Of a stretch of DNA of 64,000 bases, positions 62,101 through 64,000 are shown piece by piece; position 1 is the stretch's first letter, and each line of letters begins with the position of its first letter. The DNA comes from Lepidodermella squamata. Its lineage: Eukaryota > Animalia > Gastrotricha. The position numbers were made by a program, and so were the translations under genes. Location of the stretch: the NCBI GenBank assembly GCA_047495785.1, contig JBLDXI010000015.1, positions 4,464,001-4,528,000 of the forward strand. Direction: 5' to 3'. Under the pieces are notes generated by a model that was not told the origin of the DNA, searched no databases, and saw only the letters and a list, made by a program, of their open reading frames with translations.

Positions 62101-64000
62101 AACAAGCTGTATGTTCTCGCTAGAAATGCTGCTAATCTAGACTCAAAAATCGGAGGCGGAACCGATATTGTCGCAGGTTGTGTCGCCGTTTCTGATTGGT
62201 TTCAGCGTGATTTGCGTTTTCTTTACTACTCAATAACCGGGCAGTGGAGTAAAGCCTTGAGCATTTCCGAGCCGAATCAAGCCGGAAAAATTGCTGACGT
62301 CAGACTGAGCTCAGGCGACATTGTTGACGAAATCTGTTCAGCCGATTCAAACCAGGACTATAAGTATGAAATAATGTGGAAACTCGCTGATTGGAAACGG
62401 CTGCCAAAAGCTGTTTCAAAGTTGGAATCTCTCGATCTCAAACCCGATGCGGCTTTGTACTGCGCTCTTTCGACAATCAGTGAAAACGTTGAAAATCCGC
62501 TTCGAATTTCTGGGGCCGAGGATTTAGCTAAATTTTTTATCGCATCTTCTAACAATAAAGTTTTATCCGTTCTTTGCGATGGTCTGGATCGTTGCGAATT
62601 CGACCAGTCGCTGGCATCGAAACTGGCAGTTTTAAGCCGGTTAAATTCAGTTGTTGATAAATGGCCTGATTTTGGAAACACTGGTGCTGTTTTCTCCGCA
62701 ACAACGCGGCAATGTGAAGATGTCGATTTTCTGATGGCTGCTGTTTCGGTCATTCGCACGAAGATGGAAACTGCCCCGACTGCTGCGGTTAGTGAAGCTG
62801 CTCAAGCTGTTGCTTCTTTGTGCAGCCAACTTGTCTGCGATGGGAAGCCCATGCTTGCCGCTAAGATTTTACGCCGGCATCTACCTCAGGCTCTAACAAG
62901 CAGCCTCGAATTCAGCCGTCTTACGCGTCTCACCGACGCCCAGGCAGCCTGGGCCATCGGCGAAACAAGACAGGCTATCAATATGCTCGGCGGTCTGTTG
63001 AATGAAATACGAAACGCGAAGCCATCGAACCCGTTTTTGCAGTCGAATGCTTCAAAGTTGTTTGCTAAGTGGAATATGGATGCGAATCTCGCTATGTCTG
63101 GTCAACAAGACGCTATCGATACTTTGCGGTCGTTACTAGCATCTAGCGCTACCTCTCAAATGTCGAAATCTGACTTTGTTGAAATGTACATGGCCATGGC
63201 GTGCTATTGCGAGGTTAGTTTTTCTTTGATCGAAATTAATTTAATTCAATTTAAAATTTCACAGCATCGATATCGCCAACTTGACGGATATACGAAGTCT
63301 CAATCCTTCGCGAGCAAAGTTTGCCTGACTGAGCAGGCGCTGACTGAAGTTGGCGAAATAAAGGAAAACATGAATAAGCAAACCGCTCAACCTCAAGCTA
63401 GTCGATATGTCCACTGGCTGGAGCAATTTTCGAAGCTAGACGGTCTCGAGCGCAGTTTTGTATTCAACCAACGGGATCATTTCCTCATTGAAGCTCTGAG
63501 CTGCTTCCTCCAAGTAATGCGGTTTTCAACGACGATCGACGACATTGTCGCTTATCGCGTTGTTGGCCTATGGATGAGCAACGATGATAAGAACGAAGTC
63601 ATCGACCTTGTATCAAAGCGATTGACTCTTGTGCCAACGGCGAAATTTGTGCCTTTGTTTTATCAAATAGCGGCGCGTTACTGCGCCTTGCCGGTTCATA
63701 CAAAACCTGCGTCAAAGCAGTGTTTGCACGATTTGATAGTCAGGACTACGTTGGAACATCCGTACCACACTCTGCCGGTTTTACTTCAACTTTCTTCGAA
63801 TGCGGATAGTGCGAACGAGGCGCAGTCGGCTCAAACGGCTAGAGGAGCCAAGCGACCTAGGTTAGGCCAACCACAAACTCCCCTATCGATTTCGCCGCCA
63901 CCTGGTGATAATATGGCTGTTAGGCTGTTAAGTGAACTGAAGCTGAATAACCCGAAAATGGCTGGTTTAATCGACGCTTACACCCGTTTACGCGACGCCT
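56136..64000 (+). CDS. ATM: Serine-protein kinase ATM (partial; kinase domain beyond the window)
   Basis: TAN-like N-terminus (LSASRTASDRK...W..LF), a long HEAT region, and FAT-end motifs VPTAKFVPLFYQIAAR and HPYHTLPVLLQL. Confidence 0.85.

Overview
This is a gene-dense window from a compact invertebrate animal genome. Most introns are about 45-60 nt GT-AG, and many housekeeping genes have few or no introns. Manual splicing gives about 24 protein-coding genes. In order: a partial gene at the left edge, a selenocysteine GPx4-type glutathione peroxidase (in-frame UGA plus SECIS), a Ly6/three-finger protein, two head-to-head 2xSushi membrane proteins, MMACHC, DUSP8/16, an M6/proteolipid, two tandem divergent double-homeodomain genes, a STELLO-like protein, an MCT transporter, SOD2, ORC3 and cyclin D. 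Then come a tightly packed minus-strand run PLD6-UFSP2-DCTN4-PTGR2-ELP2(-orphan ORF), TOM20, two tandem pyruvate kinases, and ATM, which runs off the right edge. Mobile DNA includes a clean hAT MITE, nested MITEs in an ORC3 intron, and a tRNA-Glu-derived SINE-like remnant with a partial hammerhead motif. The two most notable observations are operon-like co-oriented clusters (110-190 nt spacers, splice acceptors just upstream of the ATG, suggesting polycistronic transcription with SL trans-splicing) and an unrecognised double-homeobox gene pair. All gene names come from motif recognition only; no database searches were run. Exon boundaries were read by eye and may be off by a few nt.
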